This document shows, piece by piece, positions 47,639-58,454 of a stretch of DNA of 64,000 nt. Within the stretch, counting starts at the first letter, position 1; the number at the start of each line of letters is the position of its first letter. The position numbers were made by a program, and so were the translations under genes. Source of the DNA: Clostridia bacterium (GTDB lineage: Bacteria; Bacillota; Clostridia; UMGS1883); contig JAZQAO010000017.1 in NCBI GenBank assembly GCA_045545295.1, positions 977 to 64,976 of the forward strand. The letters run 5' to 3'. The notes under the pieces were generated by a model. It searched no databases and had not been told where the DNA came from. It saw nothing but the letters and a program-made list of their open reading frames with translations.

Positions 47639-47732
47639 AAAAAGAAGCGTGCCGCTTCACCCATGTCGCACCCTCACAGAAGTGTAAACACAGTTTCCTG
47701 CGTCATAATTTTGCGCAAATTCCTATCAAGTT
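47639..47732 (+). repeat. Family-2 repeat, copy B (tandem to copy A)
   Basis: The same unit with a few substitutions (…CACAGAAGTGTAAACACAG…TTTTGCGCAAATTCCTATCAAGTT). Confidence 0.8.
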
Positions 47733-47737
47733 AAAAA

Positions 47738-47761
47738 CAGAGGATGCTTTTGCATCCTCTG
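47738..47761 (-). terminator. Intrinsic terminator downstream of the yabR-like gene; it also closes the family-2 tandem on the + strand
   Basis: CAGAGGATGC-TTTT-GCATCCTCTG, with an A5/T5 tract on the minus-strand 3' side. Confidence 0.7.
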
Positions 47762-47765
47762 TCTG

Positions 47766-48182
47766 TTATTTTCTTCTGCTTCCGCGCTTTGATTCTGTGT
47801 TGCGCTTTATATCAAGCATTCTGGCATCGCTGGAAATTTTAAAAGAAGCCATCATATCTTCAAAAGACATATCCTTCTGACTGTTTTCACTTTCCCAGTC
47901 AATTTCTGCAGGACGACCTGTAAAAGGCGCACTCTTAGCACTTCTGGGCTCCTGTGCTTTCTTTATAGAAAGGCTGATTTTACCTTTATCATCAAGAGAA
48001 AGAACTTTAACCTTAACCTCCTGATTCAGCGAAAGATGTTCATTAATGTCTTTAACGTAGTTTCTGGCCACTTCGGAAATATGTACAAGACCCGTCTCCC
48101 CACCGGGAAGATCTATAAATGCACCAAATCCCGTTATACCTGAAACTTTGCCCACAACAATTTGTCCTACTTCGAGTGCCAT
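47766..48182 (-). CDS. yabR: S1-domain RNA-binding protein (YabR-like)
   Basis: 138 aa. The N-terminal S1 domain is VGQIVVGKVSGITGFGAFIDLPGGETGLVHISEV. It has conserved synteny after divIC. Confidence 0.8.
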   Translation of the reverse strand: MALEVGQIVVGKVSGITGFGAFIDLPGGETGLVHISEVARNYVKDINEHLSLNQEVKVKVLSLDDKGKISLSIKKAQEPRSAKSAPFTGRPAEIDWESENSQKDMSFEDMMASFKISSDARMLDIKRNTESKRGSRRK

Positions 48183-48221
48183 AAAGGTACTTTGCCCCTT
48201 TCAGTGTGTAAAATGTTTTTG

Positions 48222-48539
48222 TCAGTTACCTACAATAAAAACTGTTTCGTCAGAACTCACATAACCTTCGTCACGTGCTTTCTTTTCGTAAAATTCATCA
48301 GAAGCGCTGTACTCGGCTTTTTTGCTGAGTCTCTCATACTCTTCCTCCTGAACAGCATACTGTTTCTTACACTGCTCTGTCTCACGGCGAATGCTCGAAA
48401 TGCGAATCTGCTGAGATATAAGAGTACCTACAAAACCGCCAACAACCAGAATGCACACTATAAGACGAACATAGCCGGCACGGGTCAATTTTCTTTTTTT
48501 AGCTACGGTTTTTTTCGCAACTCGCTTCAAGCCTCTCAC
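48222..48539 (-). CDS. divIC: Septum formation initiator (DivIC/FtsB family)
   Basis: 105 aa with a basic N-terminus, one TM segment, then a coiled-coil region. It has conserved synteny. Confidence 0.75.
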   Translation of the reverse strand: MRGLKRVAKKTVAKKRKLTRAGYVRLIVCILVVGGFVGTLISQQIRISSIRRETEQCKKQYAVQEEEYERLSKKAEYSASDEFYEKKARDEGYVSSDETVFIVGN

Positions 48540-48587
48540 CCCTTATAGTATAGTATAACTTATAGTAATTAATTTGTAAAGATTTTT

Positions 48588-49076
48588 TTACAACATTTTC
48601 ATTCTTTTTTTAAGAGCTTTGAATCGGATTTTTGTATGTTTCAGAATGCGTTTTTTCACCCGTTTGGCTTTAATTATTCCAGATTTCAAAAAAGCGCATA
48701 GCTTTCCAACCGGAAAAAGAACACAGCGTACAAGCTTACGTATAGGACGAATAAAGTATTTATATATAATTTTATAAATTCCCGATATAAAACGCATTGT
48801 GCTGCGACTTAGGAATGCTGCATAGAAAAGGGCCCCGCTGAGAGCCCCCATAATCTGGTAGTAACGAATTTGCCCGCGGTTAAAGAAAAAACCGAGCCCT
48901 ATCAGAACTGATGTAACTATAATAGCGAAAAGAATATCTTCAGCCGTTGTTCTCACTTTTCCTGCACTATAAAGGCGACGCAGGCTTCTCTGAATATCAA
49001 AAAACAGAGCACATGCCATACCCGAAAATATACTGAGAAGAAAAACCACAAGCTGATGCTTTGAAGAAATCTCCAT
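48588..49076 (-). CDS. yabQ: Spore cortex biosynthesis protein YabQ
   Basis: 162 aa multi-TM protein immediately after yabP (stop/start overlap). Confidence 0.7.
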   Translation of the reverse strand: MEISSKHQLVVFLLSIFSGMACALFFDIQRSLRRLYSAGKVRTTAEDILFAIIVTSVLIGLGFFFNRGQIRYYQIMGALSGALFYAAFLSRSTMRFISGIYKIIYKYFIRPIRKLVRCVLFPVGKLCAFLKSGIIKAKRVKKRILKHTKIRFKALKKRMKML

Positions 49077-49351
49077 TACTTAAGCACCCTTTTAAGAAAG
49101 CTTTCCTTTTCTGCTTTTGCTTTAGTGTAGGAGCATCCGTCTATATCTCCCTCAATAAGAATTTCTCCGTTTTGCGAAGACAAATTTTTCACCTTCATCC
49201 CACTTCCCGTAATAATAAGATTTGCCGTTTCGGTAATAAGTACAATTTTTTCCGGTAAAAAGCTCTCCACATCTTTAACACCGCTTGCTGTGAGCTTTCT
49301 GCGGTTTTCAATAATGATGTTTCCGCATTTTGCAACTGTTATTTCTGCCAT
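49076..49351 (-). CDS. yabP: Sporulation protein YabP
   Basis: I prefer the start MAEITVAKCGN at 49351, with GGAGG upstream. It gives a 91-aa YabP-like sequence (IENRRKLTASGVKDVESF). Confidence 0.8.
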   Translation of the reverse strand: MAEITVAKCGNIIIENRRKLTASGVKDVESFLPEKIVLITETANLIITGSGMKVKNLSSQNGEILIEGDIDGCSYTKAKAEKESFLKRVLK

Positions 49352-49466
49352 AACAAAACCTCCTTGTCTTAAATTATACTTAAATATATAAAGTTTTATT
49401 ACCTTTGTTGACAAAGTTCTTTTATTCCGATATAATTAACAGGATTTCTTTTCAAGGAGGATTAGA

Positions 49467-50399
49467 ATGGCAGTTTTTACATCCACTCTCAATCAGACGG
49501 CATTTCTTTTTGCTTTTATCGTAATAGGGTTCATTCTGGCAAAGCTCAGGCAAATACCTCAGAACTCTGCTTCTGTTTTATCTAAGCTTGAAAACACAAT
49601 TTTCATTCCTGCGCTTGTGGGAGGTACATTTATCTCAGATTTCACACCTGAAAAGCTTGGCACTATGCTCAGAATATTCTTTATAAGCAGTATTGTAATG
49701 CTTATTGCAGTGCCGATAGCGATTCTTATATCAAAAGCTATTTCAAAAGATAAATATATACAGAATATTTTTACATACGGACTTACATTTTCAAACTTTG
49801 GTTTTATGGGAAACGCAGTTGTAAAAGCTCTTTTTCCGGAGATTTTTGCAGAATATATTATTTTCACGCTTCCGTTGTGGATACTTATATATCTGTGGGG
49901 TGTTCCGGTTCTTCTGCTATCAGACACTGGAAAGAAACAGACTACAAAAGAAAAGCTCAAGAATTTTCTTAACCCTATGTTTGTTGCGATGATAATCGGT
50001 ATGATAATTGGTATTACAGGACTCAAGCTTCCTCTGTGGATAACCTCCGTAGTTACTACTGCAGGAAATTGTATGTCCCCTGTTGCAATGCTCCTTACCG
50101 GAATCACGGTGTCTTCCATAGATTTCAAAAAGACATTTACGAATGCAGGAATATATGCCGTTACGTTCGTAAGGCTGATTGCAATTCCGCTATTGTTTGT
50201 GGCAGTTGCAAAGTTTATTCCTTTTGACAGAACTATTTTTGTGTGTACACTTTGCTCACTTGCAATGCCTCTCGGTCTTAACACGGTTGTTATTCCAAGT
50301 GCATACGGAAAAGATACTTCCGTCCCTGCAGGTATGGCAGTTGTTTCACACCTGCTGTCGTGTATAACTATTCCGCTGCTGTTTACGTTTTTTATATAA
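49467..50399 (+). CDS. AEC-family (auxin efflux carrier / malate permease-like) transporter
   Basis: 310 aa with about 10 hydrophobic segments, typical AEC size and pattern, and an AAGGAGG SD. Confidence 0.7.
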   Translation: MAVFTSTLNQTAFLFAFIVIGFILAKLRQIPQNSASVLSKLENTIFIPALVGGTFISDFTPEKLGTMLRIFFISSIVMLIAVPIAILISKAISKDKYIQNIFTYGLTFSNFGFMGNAVVKALFPEIFAEYIIFTLPLWILIYLWGVPVLLLSDTGKKQTTKEKLKNFLNPMFVAMIIGMIIGITGLKLPLWITSVVTTAGNCMSPVAMLLTGITVSSIDFKKTFTNAGIYAVTFVRLIAIPLLFVAVAKFIPFDRTIFVCTLCSLAMPLGLNTVVIPSAYGKDTSVPAGMAVVSHLLSCITIPLLFTFFI

Positions 50400-50493
50400 A
50401 AAAGAAGCGTGCCGCTTCACCCACATCGCGTCCAAACTTAACTTAAAACCCACAAATATTGCTCGCGATAAAAAACGCAATTTCCTATACGAT
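50398..50493 (+). repeat. Family-2 repeat, copy C (divergent middle section)
   Basis: It starts in the transporter stop codon: AAAAAAGAAGCGTGCCGCTTCACCCACATCGCG…ACGCAATTTCCTATACGAT. Confidence 0.7.
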
Positions 50494-50495
50494 AA

Positions 50496-50535
50496 AATAA
50501 ATCCGGTGCAGTTAATTAACTGCACCGGATTTATT
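50496..50535. terminator. Bidirectional intrinsic terminator between the transporter gene and uvrA
   Basis: AAATAAATCCGGTGCAGTTAAT / TAACTGCACCGGATTTATTT is a near-perfect palindrome. Confidence 0.8.
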
Positions 50536-53358
50536 TTACAACAACTTTTTAAGGAACATACCTGTGTAAGATTTCGGATTTTCTGCAATTTCTTCGGGAG
50601 TACCGCATCCGACTACCGTACCGCCTCCGTCTCCGCCTTCAGGACCAAGGTCTATAATATGGTCTGCAGTTTTGATAACATCAAGGTTATGTTCAATTAC
50701 AAGAACGCTATTACCCTCATCAACAAAGCGGTTAAGAACATCAATCAGCCTGTGAACATCAGCACTGTGAAGTCCTGTTGTAGGCTCATCAAGGATATAG
50801 ATAGTTTTTCCCGTTGACCGCTTTGAAAGCTCCGTTGCAAGCTTTACTCTCTGTGCTTCACCGCCTGAAAGAGTAGTTGACGACTGACCTAGCTTGATAT
50901 ATCCAAGACCTACATCCTTTATCGTCTGAAGCTTATTCTTGATTTTGGGAATAGCATCAAAAAACTCAACGGCTTCGTCAATCGTCATATCAAGAACTTC
51001 AAATATGTTTTTGCCTTTATAGCGGACTTCAAGGGTTTCACGGTTGTAGCGTTTTCCTTTACACACCTCGCAGGGAACATACACATCAGGCAAAAAGTGC
51101 ATTTCGATTTTGAGGATACCGTCGCCGCTGCAGGCTTCACACCTTCCGCCACGCACATTGAAGCTGAAACGTCCTTGGTTGTAGCCACGGGATTTTGCTT
51201 CAGGCGTCATTGCAAAAAGCTCACGGATGTCGTTGAACACACCTGTATAAGTCGCAGGATTCGAGCGTGGAGTTCTGCCGATGGGTGACTGGTCAATATT
51301 TATAACTTTGTCAAGGTTATCAATACCCTCAAACCCCTTATGTTTACCCGGAACGGCTTTACTGCGGTTGAGCTTATATGCAAGGTGCTTGTACACAACT
51401 TCATTTACAAGTGAGCTTTTTCCCGAACCTGACACACCTGTTACGGCAACAAATTTTCCCAGCGGAATTTCCACATCTATATTTTTAAGGTTATTTTCCG
51501 CTGCCTTAATTACCTTTATACTCTTGCCGTTACCAGGACGTCTTTCTGATGGAACTTCGATTTTCTTCCTTCCGCTTAAGTAGTCGCCCGTAAGTGAGCT
51601 TTCGCAGGCAATAATTTCCTCTACTGTGCCCTGTGCAATAATTTCACCACCGTGAATACCTGCACCCGGGCCTACGTCTACAATGTAATCCGCTTCACGC
51701 ATTGTATCTTCGTCGTGCTCCACAACAATGAGTGTATTTCCCAAATCACGTAATGACTTAAGTGCATCTATCAGCTTGTTATTATCACGTTGATGCAGAC
51801 CGATGCTTGGCTCATCAAGTATATAAAGAACGCCCACAAGCCCTGAGCCTATCTGAGTTGCTAGACGAATTCTCTGTGCTTCACCGCCCGAAAGAGTGCC
51901 TGCAGAACGTGACATCGTAAGATAATCAAGCCCTACATTATTCAGGAATCCAATTCTTGCACGAATTTCCTTAAGAATTTCTTCCGCTATCATCTGTTCC
52001 TTTTCGGGAAGATTTATCTCGCGGAAGAACTTGTCCGCTTTTGATACAGAAAGTCCGCATACCTCATCAATATTTTTGCCGTCAATGGTTACGGCAAGAC
52101 TTTCACGACGAAGCCTTTTTCCTTTACATTCGTCACAGGGAATTTCACGCATTAAGCCTTCAATATCCCATTTTGACCATTCACTTGTTGTTTCGTCATA
52201 GCGTCGCTGAAGATTGTTCACAATGCCTTCAAAGCGTGTATTATATACAGAAACCCCTCGCTTGCCTTTGTATTCGATTTCAATTTCCTCGTCACCTGTT
52301 CCGAAAAGGATTACCTCTATTGCTTTGTCGGGAAGATTTTTTACAGGAACGTCAAGCCTGAAGTTGTACTTTTTAGCAAGAGCACGGAAAATGGCGTTAG
52401 CGTTACTGTCCTCTTTATCGGGGGCACGCCAGCCGCTTACGTGAAAAGCACCCTCAAGCACGGAAAGCTCGTCACTTACAAGCACAAGTGACGGGTCCAC
52501 TCTTTTAAGCAGTCCTATACCGCTGCACTTGGGACAGGCACCAAGAGGATTATTGAAAGAAAACATTCTTGGAGAAAGCTCGTCAAGGCTTATACCGCAG
52601 TCGTCACAGGCATAGTTCTGACTGAAAATCATTTCTTCGTCACCGTTCAGTATCATTACGATACCTTCGCAAAGGTGGAGGGTAATTTCAATAGAATCTG
52701 CAAGACGTTTTCTGATATCGGGTTTCACGACAAGTCTGTCAACGACGATTTCCACATAGTGCTTTTTCTGCTTGTCAAGCTCAATCACTTCTGAAAGGTC
52801 ATAGATAATTCCGTCAACCCTTACACGGACATAACCGCTTTTCTTTGCATTTTCAAAAATCTTCTGATGTTCACCCTTTTTACCTCTTACCATAGGGGCA
52901 AGAATCTGCACACGGCTACCCTCGGGAAAAGCCATTACCTGCTCCACAATCTGGTCTAAGGTCTGCTGGGTAATTCTTTTTCCGCATTTGGGACAGTGAG
53001 GCACGCCCACTCTTGCATACAAAAGTCTTAAATAGTCATATATTTCCGTTACCGTACCAACGGTCGAACGGGGATTTTTATTTGTGGTTTTCTGATCAAT
53101 ACTGATTGCGGGACTTAATCCTTCAATATAATCAACCTCAGGCTTTTCCATCTGACCGAGAAACATTCTGGCATAGGAAGAGAGTGATTCCACATACCTT
53201 CTCTGCCCTTCGGCATAGATTGTATCAAAAGCAAGGGAAGTCTTTCCCGAGCCTGAAACGCCCGTGAATACGATGAATTTATCTCTTGGAATTGTAAGGT
53301 CAACATTTTTCAGGTTGTTTTCACGTGCACCCTGAATTACTATTTCATTCTTTTTCAT
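50536..53358 (-). CDS. uvrA: Excinuclease ABC subunit A
   Basis: 940 aa with two ABC ATPase modules ([10 protein letters not shown] appears twice) and zinc-finger cysteines. Confidence 0.97.
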   Translation of the reverse strand: MKKNEIVIQGARENNLKNVDLTIPRDKFIVFTGVSGSGKTSLAFDTIYAEGQRRYVESLSSYARMFLGQMEKPEVDYIEGLSPAISIDQKTTNKNPRSTVGTVTEIYDYLRLLYARVGVPHCPKCGKRITQQTLDQIVEQVMAFPEGSRVQILAPMVRGKKGEHQKIFENAKKSGYVRVRVDGIIYDLSEVIELDKQKKHYVEIVVDRLVVKPDIRKRLADSIEITLHLCEGIVMILNGDEEMIFSQNYACDDCGISLDELSPRMFSFNNPLGACPKCSGIGLLKRVDPSLVLVSDELSVLEGAFHVSGWRAPDKEDSNANAIFRALAKKYNFRLDVPVKNLPDKAIEVILFGTGDEEIEIEYKGKRGVSVYNTRFEGIVNNLQRRYDETTSEWSKWDIEGLMREIPCDECKGKRLRRESLAVTIDGKNIDEVCGLSVSKADKFFREINLPEKEQMIAEEILKEIRARIGFLNNVGLDYLTMSRSAGTLSGGEAQRIRLATQIGSGLVGVLYILDEPSIGLHQRDNNKLIDALKSLRDLGNTLIVVEHDEDTMREADYIVDVGPGAGIHGGEIIAQGTVEEIIACESSLTGDYLSGRKKIEVPSERRPGNGKSIKVIKAAENNLKNIDVEIPLGKFVAVTGVSGSGKSSLVNEVVYKHLAYKLNRSKAVPGKHKGFEGIDNLDKVINIDQSPIGRTPRSNPATYTGVFNDIRELFAMTPEAKSRGYNQGRFSFNVRGGRCEACSGDGILKIEMHFLPDVYVPCEVCKGKRYNRETLEVRYKGKNIFEVLDMTIDEAVEFFDAIPKIKNKLQTIKDVGLGYIKLGQSSTTLSGGEAQRVKLATELSKRSTGKTIYILDEPTTGLHSADVHRLIDVLNRFVDEGNSVLVIEHNLDVIKTADHIIDLGPEGGDGGGTVVGCGTPEEIAENPKSYTGMFLKKLL

Positions 53359-55289
53359 ATTTTTTTCAACCTCTTTATTCTGTCACGAAGCTTTGCCGCA
53401 TCCTCGAAACGAAGTTCTTCAGCAGCTTTTTTCATTTCTTCCTCAAGATGCGCTATAACATTCTGTGCATTGGTTACAGGTGAATTTTCTTCCTCCTGAA
53501 CTGCCGCAATAAGTTCCGCAACATTCTTCACTATGGTTTTCGGCACAATTCCGTGCTCCTCGTTATATTTATTCTGAATCTCACGACGCCTGTTTGTTTC
53601 GCTGATTGCACGCTCCATTGAATCGGTAATCCTGTCAGCGTACATTATAACCTGCCCTTCTGCATTTCTTGCGGCACGTCCGATTGTCTGTATAAGCGAG
53701 GTTTCACTTCTGAGAAATCCCTCTTTATCGGCATCAAGAATTGCAACAAGCGAAACCTCCGGAATATCAAGTCCTTCACGAAGAAGGTTGATTCCTACAA
53801 GCACGTCAAATACTCCCATTCTTAGGTCACGGACAATTTCCATACGCTCTAACGTTTCAACCTCGGAATGCATATACTTGACCTTTACACCCATTGTGCG
53901 AAGATAGTCCGTAAGGTCCTCTGCCATTTTCTTGGTAAGAGTTGTTACAAGCACCCTTTCCTTTTTATCCGCTCTTGCATATATTTCCGTAAGAAGGTCG
54001 TCAATCTGCCCCTCAACAGGTCTTACAATAACCTCGGGGTCAAGAAGTCCCGTGGGACGTATTACCTGCTGGGCAACACTTTGTGAATTATCGTATTCGT
54101 ACTGTGCAGGTGTTGCACTGACAAACACAATCTGATTAATTCTTTCCTCAAACTCTTCAAAATTAAGAGGTCTGTTATCAAATGCCGACGGAAGACGAAA
54201 GCCGTACTGAACAAGGCTTGTTTTTCTGCTTCTGTCCCCTGCAAACATTGCCCTTACCTGAGGAATTGTAACGTGGCTTTCATCAACTACAAGCAAGAAA
54301 TCATCCGGGAAGTAATCCATAAGCGTGTATGGTGCACTGCCCGGCTCCCTTCCGCTGATATGACGGGAATAGTTTTCGATACCGCTGCAAAAACCAATCT
54401 CACGCATCATTTCAATATCGTAATTAGTACGCTCTTCAAGACGCTGTGCCTCAAGAAGCCTGTCATTGTCACGAAGCTCTTTAAGCCGTCCCTCAAGCTC
54501 TTTTTTTATTGACTCAATAGCAATCTCACGCTTTTTGGGAGTTGTTACATAGTGTGATGCAGGGAAAATTCCCACGTGACTTCTTACCCCGAGCACCTCG
54601 CCTGTAAGGGTATCAATTTCTGTTATTCTGTCAATTTCATCACCGAAAAATTCCACCCTGACTGCACTTTCACCGCTGTCAATAGGGAAAATTTCAACAA
54701 CGTCTCCACGGACACGGAATTTTCCGCGGATGAAGTTTATATCATTTCTTTCATACTGCATTTCCACAAGCTTTTTTATAACCTCGTCACGGTCTTTAAT
54801 CATCCCGGGACGGAGTGAAAGCATAAGTGTACGGTAATCCTCCGGGTCACCAAGACCATAGATACAGCTTACCGATGCAACGACAATAACGTCACGACGT
54901 TCAAAAAGTGCCGCTGTAGCACTGTGGCGGAGCTTATCAATTTCCTCGTTTATCTGTGCATCCTTTTCTATATAGGTGTCGCTTGAAGCAATATATGCTT
55001 CAGGCTGATAGTAGTCATAGTAGCTGACAAAATACTCTACCGCATTGTCGGGGAAAAATTCCTTGAACTCGCTGAAAAGCTGTGCCGCAAGGGTTTTGTT
55101 GTGAGCAAGCACAAGCGTCGGCTTATTTATTTTTTCAATCACATTTGCCACGGTGAAAGTCTTACCGCTGCCCGTAACGCCCAAAAGAACCTGTCCGCGG
55201 TTTCCGTATTCAATACTTTTTACAAGAGTATCAATCGCCTCAGGCTGGTCGCCTGTAGGTTTAAAATCTGAAACAAGCTTGAAATTCAT
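53355..55289 (-). CDS. uvrB: Excinuclease ABC subunit B
   Basis: 644 aa with helicase motifs ([13 protein letters not shown]) and a C-terminal UVR domain ([13 protein letters not shown]). It overlaps uvrA by 4 nt. Confidence 0.97.
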   Translation of the reverse strand: MNFKLVSDFKPTGDQPEAIDTLVKSIEYGNRGQVLLGVTGSGKTFTVANVIEKINKPTLVLAHNKTLAAQLFSEFKEFFPDNAVEYFVSYYDYYQPEAYIASSDTYIEKDAQINEEIDKLRHSATAALFERRDVIVVASVSCIYGLGDPEDYRTLMLSLRPGMIKDRDEVIKKLVEMQYERNDINFIRGKFRVRGDVVEIFPIDSGESAVRVEFFGDEIDRITEIDTLTGEVLGVRSHVGIFPASHYVTTPKKREIAIESIKKELEGRLKELRDNDRLLEAQRLEERTNYDIEMMREIGFCSGIENYSRHISGREPGSAPYTLMDYFPDDFLLVVDESHVTIPQVRAMFAGDRSRKTSLVQYGFRLPSAFDNRPLNFEEFEERINQIVFVSATPAQYEYDNSQSVAQQVIRPTGLLDPEVIVRPVEGQIDDLLTEIYARADKKERVLVTTLTKKMAEDLTDYLRTMGVKVKYMHSEVETLERMEIVRDLRMGVFDVLVGINLLREGLDIPEVSLVAILDADKEGFLRSETSLIQTIGRAARNAEGQVIMYADRITDSMERAISETNRRREIQNKYNEEHGIVPKTIVKNVAELIAAVQEEENSPVTNAQNVIAHLEEEMKKAAEELRFEDAAKLRDRIKRLKKI

Positions 55290-55731
55290 ATTATCTCCCC
55301 TTCCTTATATTTTGCTGAATTATATTATTATACACCATATTTTTAAAAAATTCAACCCCCTAATAGGCTAACATTTTAAAAGGGAAAATTTATATTACCT
55401 TATAATTCAACAGTTCGGGGACGGGCAGTTTTTTACATTTCCTTGCATATTGCAAAAAATCTCCTTTTGCTGTTTTATATTCTATTTTTTTCCAATTAAG
55501 TTGTTTTTTGTATATCTTGCACAAAAGAAAATCTCAAACAATATTGATTTTTTACAGTTTGTGCATTGAAATTTGTAGAATTTTGTTTTATTATATAGAT
55601 GTACCGATAAGGTACTAAACTTTTTTCATTTTCCCTCCTTTTAGTGGCAGACGATTTATCTTGTCTGTCATATTTTTTTGCATATTTTCCTCCCTCCACA
55701 AATATATTTCTTGTGTAAGGAGGATTTTTTT

Positions 55732-57258
55732 ATGGAATTGAATATTAAAAACGAAAGCCTGCACATGTGCACCGCGGTATGTTGCACAAAAAACAACTTC
55801 ACAGCAGAGTGCGATGTTATTGTACCTGACACCAAGCCCGATATTCTTAAGGTGCTTCAGCTTAGCGCTGATATGAAATCAGTTTCTTACGAAACGAAAA
55901 ACGGACGTGTAACAGCGTCGGGAACATTATGTTTCAATATTTTATATCTTGCAGATGACGAGGATAAAAGCATTCACACAATTACCTCCTCCTGCGAATT
56001 TTCGAATATCATCCGCGATGATACTATTTCTGAATTCATGCTTACCTTTGCAGATGTTGATGTAGACAGATTAAGTTACAATATAGCAAACTGCCGGAAG
56101 CTTACCTTGCGAGCTGATCTTATTATGTCTATTCAGGTTTATTCGTGCCATGACCTTGATATTATATCAGACATTGATGGTGCCTGTGCTCAAAAAAGAA
56201 GTATATCTTCCGGAGTTATATGTGCACATAACCAAAGTACAACAAATCTTTCCGATAGCTTTACTCTGTCCCCAGGTAAAGCTCCAATCTGTGAGATTTA
56301 CAAAACAGAAGCCAGCATCACAGATAGCGATATAAAATTGATTGATGACAAAGCCATAATTAAAGGCAACCTTCGCATAACTGTGCTTTACCGTTCGGAA
56401 ATCGGAATAGAACACGCGCAAAGCGAGATCCCATTTGCACACATCCTTCCTGCTGACGGAATCCGTGAGGGTATGGACACAGATTACCTTGTAAAGGTGC
56501 TGTGCATCACTTCCGAAAGTGCGGAAAATCAAAGCGGAGATATGAACATTATAAATTTCTCGGCAGATTTATATTTCCGTGTTATCGCCAGATGTACTTA
56601 TACGGCAACCTGCATTACAGATGCTTTTTTGCCTCATGGAAATCTCTCCTGCAAGCATTCACCGGTTTGTGTAAGTCACACAGAAAAAACACTTTGTCAT
56701 AACGCTGACCTAAAAGAAATCATCACCCTTGCAGATGATTGTCCTGCAATAAATGAGATTTGTCACATTTCTTTCAGGCCTATGGTTAAGGAGGTTTTTT
56801 CCGAGGGCAATTATCTGCGAATAAACGGCTGTACCGAGGTATGTATTCTATATATTTCAGGAGATAATTTCTTCCCTGTATGCAGTTATAAAACAGAGGT
56901 AACATTCTCCACTGCCTGCGAATCGGCAGGATGTGATTTGACGCCTGTTGCTGACTGCATTCTTAAAAATATGAGCTACACCATAACTTCGGACAATTCT
57001 GTTGAACTCCGGGGGACTCTTCAGTTAAAAATACAGTGTATCCGCACTTCGGAAGAAAACATAGTTTTCAGTGCAGAAGAGTGTGAATATACACCTAAAA
57101 AACGCCCCGGAATAATCGTTTCTTGTGTTTCTCCGGGAAGAAGTTTATGGGATATCGCAAAGGATTATGCAATTACTCCGGAGAGTATTCTTTCAGCTAA
57201 TGCACTTACTTGTGAAGATGACATTAAAGCACACATGACACTTATTATCCCTAAATAA
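55732..57258 (+). CDS. DUF3794/SPOCS-like protein with a C-terminal LysM domain (probably spore-associated)
   Basis: I prefer the start MELNIKNESL, with AAGGAGG upstream. It contains a repeated beta-rich DUF3794-like module, and the C-terminus SLWDIAKDYAITPESILSANAL is LysM-like. Confidence 0.6.
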   Translation: MELNIKNESLHMCTAVCCTKNNFTAECDVIVPDTKPDILKVLQLSADMKSVSYETKNGRVTASGTLCFNILYLADDEDKSIHTITSSCEFSNIIRDDTISEFMLTFADVDVDRLSYNIANCRKLTLRADLIMSIQVYSCHDLDIISDIDGACAQKRSISSGVICAHNQSTTNLSDSFTLSPGKAPICEIYKTEASITDSDIKLIDDKAIIKGNLRITVLYRSEIGIEHAQSEIPFAHILPADGIREGMDTDYLVKVLCITSESAENQSGDMNIINFSADLYFRVIARCTYTATCITDAFLPHGNLSCKHSPVCVSHTEKTLCHNADLKEIITLADDCPAINEICHISFRPMVKEVFSEGNYLRINGCTEVCILYISGDNFFPVCSYKTEVTFSTACESAGCDLTPVADCILKNMSYTITSDNSVELRGTLQLKIQCIRTSEENIVFSAEECEYTPKKRPGIIVSCVSPGRSLWDIAKDYAITPESILSANALTCEDDIKAHMTLIIPK

Positions 57259-57327
57259 TAGTTTTGCCTGCACTTATGCAGCACACTTAATATGTGAAAC
57301 AGGATTTTTAAGAGTACTAATTTCGCA

Positions 57328-57382
57328 CACCAATCTATAAAAAAAAGCAAGGTAACTACCTTGCTTTTTTTATAGATTGGTG
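57328..57382. terminator. Long palindromic intrinsic terminator
   Basis: CACCAATCTATAAAAAAAAGCAAGGT-AACT-ACCTTGCTTTTTTTATAGATTGGTG. Confidence 0.75.
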
Positions 57383-57418
57383 TTATACTTATTAAACGAC
57401 TTAAAAGGAAGTGTTATT

Positions 57419-58306
57419 ATGGCAAAGAAAGTGTTAATGATTGGTGCACATCTTGATGATTGCGATTTTGAAGGCGGTGGTACTGCCCTTAAATATATCG
57501 AAGCAGGATACGAGGTTCGGTTTCTTTCTCTGTGTAACGGAAGTGGCGGACATCACATTATGAAGCCTCAGGAAATCGTTGCCCGCAGAAAGAAAGAGTC
57601 TGAAGCAGTTATGAAGCTTACAGGCATTACATACGATGTGTGGAGCGATGTTAACGATTGCGAGATTATGGCAAGTCTGGAGCTGAGAATGCGTCTCATC
57701 CGCTACATAAGAGAGTATAATCCGGATATTATCTTCTCCCATAGACTTAACGATTACCACGCAGATCATCGTAATGCGGCACTTCTTGTTCAGGATGCTT
57801 CTTATCTGCTTGTTGTTCCTAATTTCTGTCCGGAATCACCTGCAATGCGTTTTATGCCTGTTATTATGTATTTCCACGACAGATTCACTGATCCTGTTTT
57901 CAGGCCCGATGTAGTGGTTCCTACAGACGATGTAATTGAAAAGAAATACGCTATGTATGACTGCTACGTGTCGCAAATGTACGAATGGCTTCCCTATGTA
58001 GACGGTGTTCTGAATCAGGTTCCAGACAATCCGAAAGAACGACTTGAATGGCTTCACTGTCCCCGTGTTCCACGTGATGGCACAATACTTACTGTGGAGG
58101 ACCTCGATGTACCACGTATCAGCAGTGCATCCGAATACCGTGAGGCTACCTGCGCAGTTAAGTATCGCGACCTTCTTGTTAAGCAGTATGGAGAAGAAGC
58201 AAGAGGAACACTTTTTGCAGAAGCATTCCAGCTTTCAGAATACGGTAAAAAGCTTACAAAGGATAATGTGAAAGAGCTTTTCCCCTGGGTTAAAAATTTC
58301 TGCTAA
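57419..58306 (+). CDS. PIG-L/LmbE-family deacetylase (second copy in the window)
   Basis: I prefer the start MAKKVLMIGAHLDDCDFEGGG. The later motif is HRLNDYHADH. Confidence 0.8.
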   Translation: MAKKVLMIGAHLDDCDFEGGGTALKYIEAGYEVRFLSLCNGSGGHHIMKPQEIVARRKKESEAVMKLTGITYDVWSDVNDCEIMASLELRMRLIRYIREYNPDIIFSHRLNDYHADHRNAALLVQDASYLLVVPNFCPESPAMRFMPVIMYFHDRFTDPVFRPDVVVPTDDVIEKKYAMYDCYVSQMYEWLPYVDGVLNQVPDNPKERLEWLHCPRVPRDGTILTVEDLDVPRISSASEYREATCAVKYRDLLVKQYGEEARGTLFAEAFQLSEYGKKLTKDNVKELFPWVKNFC

Positions 58307-58400
58307 CCAAAAAGGCATATTTATTTACATAATGTAGGGCAAGTGCTTGCTCTTGCCGAAAAGCGGACCGACACACAGGTCGTTCCCTACAAAAAATCCA

Positions 58401-58452
58401 CAAAAAAGTACACTTTGGGGACAGTCCCCAAAGTGTACTTTTTTACATTCCC
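58401..58452. repeat. Terminator-containing direct repeat, copy 1
   Basis: CAAAAAAGTACACTTTGGGGACAGTCCCCAAAGTGTACTTTTTTACATTCCC. It has 15-bp perfect arms. Confidence 0.85.
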
Positions 58453-58454
58453 TT

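Noticed and set aside
47544-47732. Possible CRISPR array. The repeat core GTCGCACCCTCACAGGAGTGCAAAC looks superficially like a type I CRISPR repeat, and two units are tandem.
   Set aside because: The whole ~95-nt unit is conserved between copies, including what would be the spacer. There are only two tandem units. The other copies are solitary, and the window contains no cas genes or leader.
55290-55731. A LexA (Cheo) box upstream of uvrB, the 67-codon ORF 55496-55699(-), and the mini-ORF ATGAAAAAAGTTTAG preceded by AAAGGAGGG.
   Set aside because: Only a half-site is present (CGAACTGTTGAA near 55410-55421, no GTTC partner), so an SOS box is not supported. The 67-aa ORF needs a GTG start, has no SD, and runs through promoter-like AT-rich DNA. 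The 4-codon mini-ORF has no obvious downstream regulatory structure. I leave the region unannotated.
58380-58400. A preQ1-I-like riboswitch tail (CCCTACAAAAAATCC).
   Set aside because: The preceding stem-loop is far too large for the 34-nt preQ1-I aptamer. The site is in a 3' UTR, not upstream of a queuosine or transporter gene.
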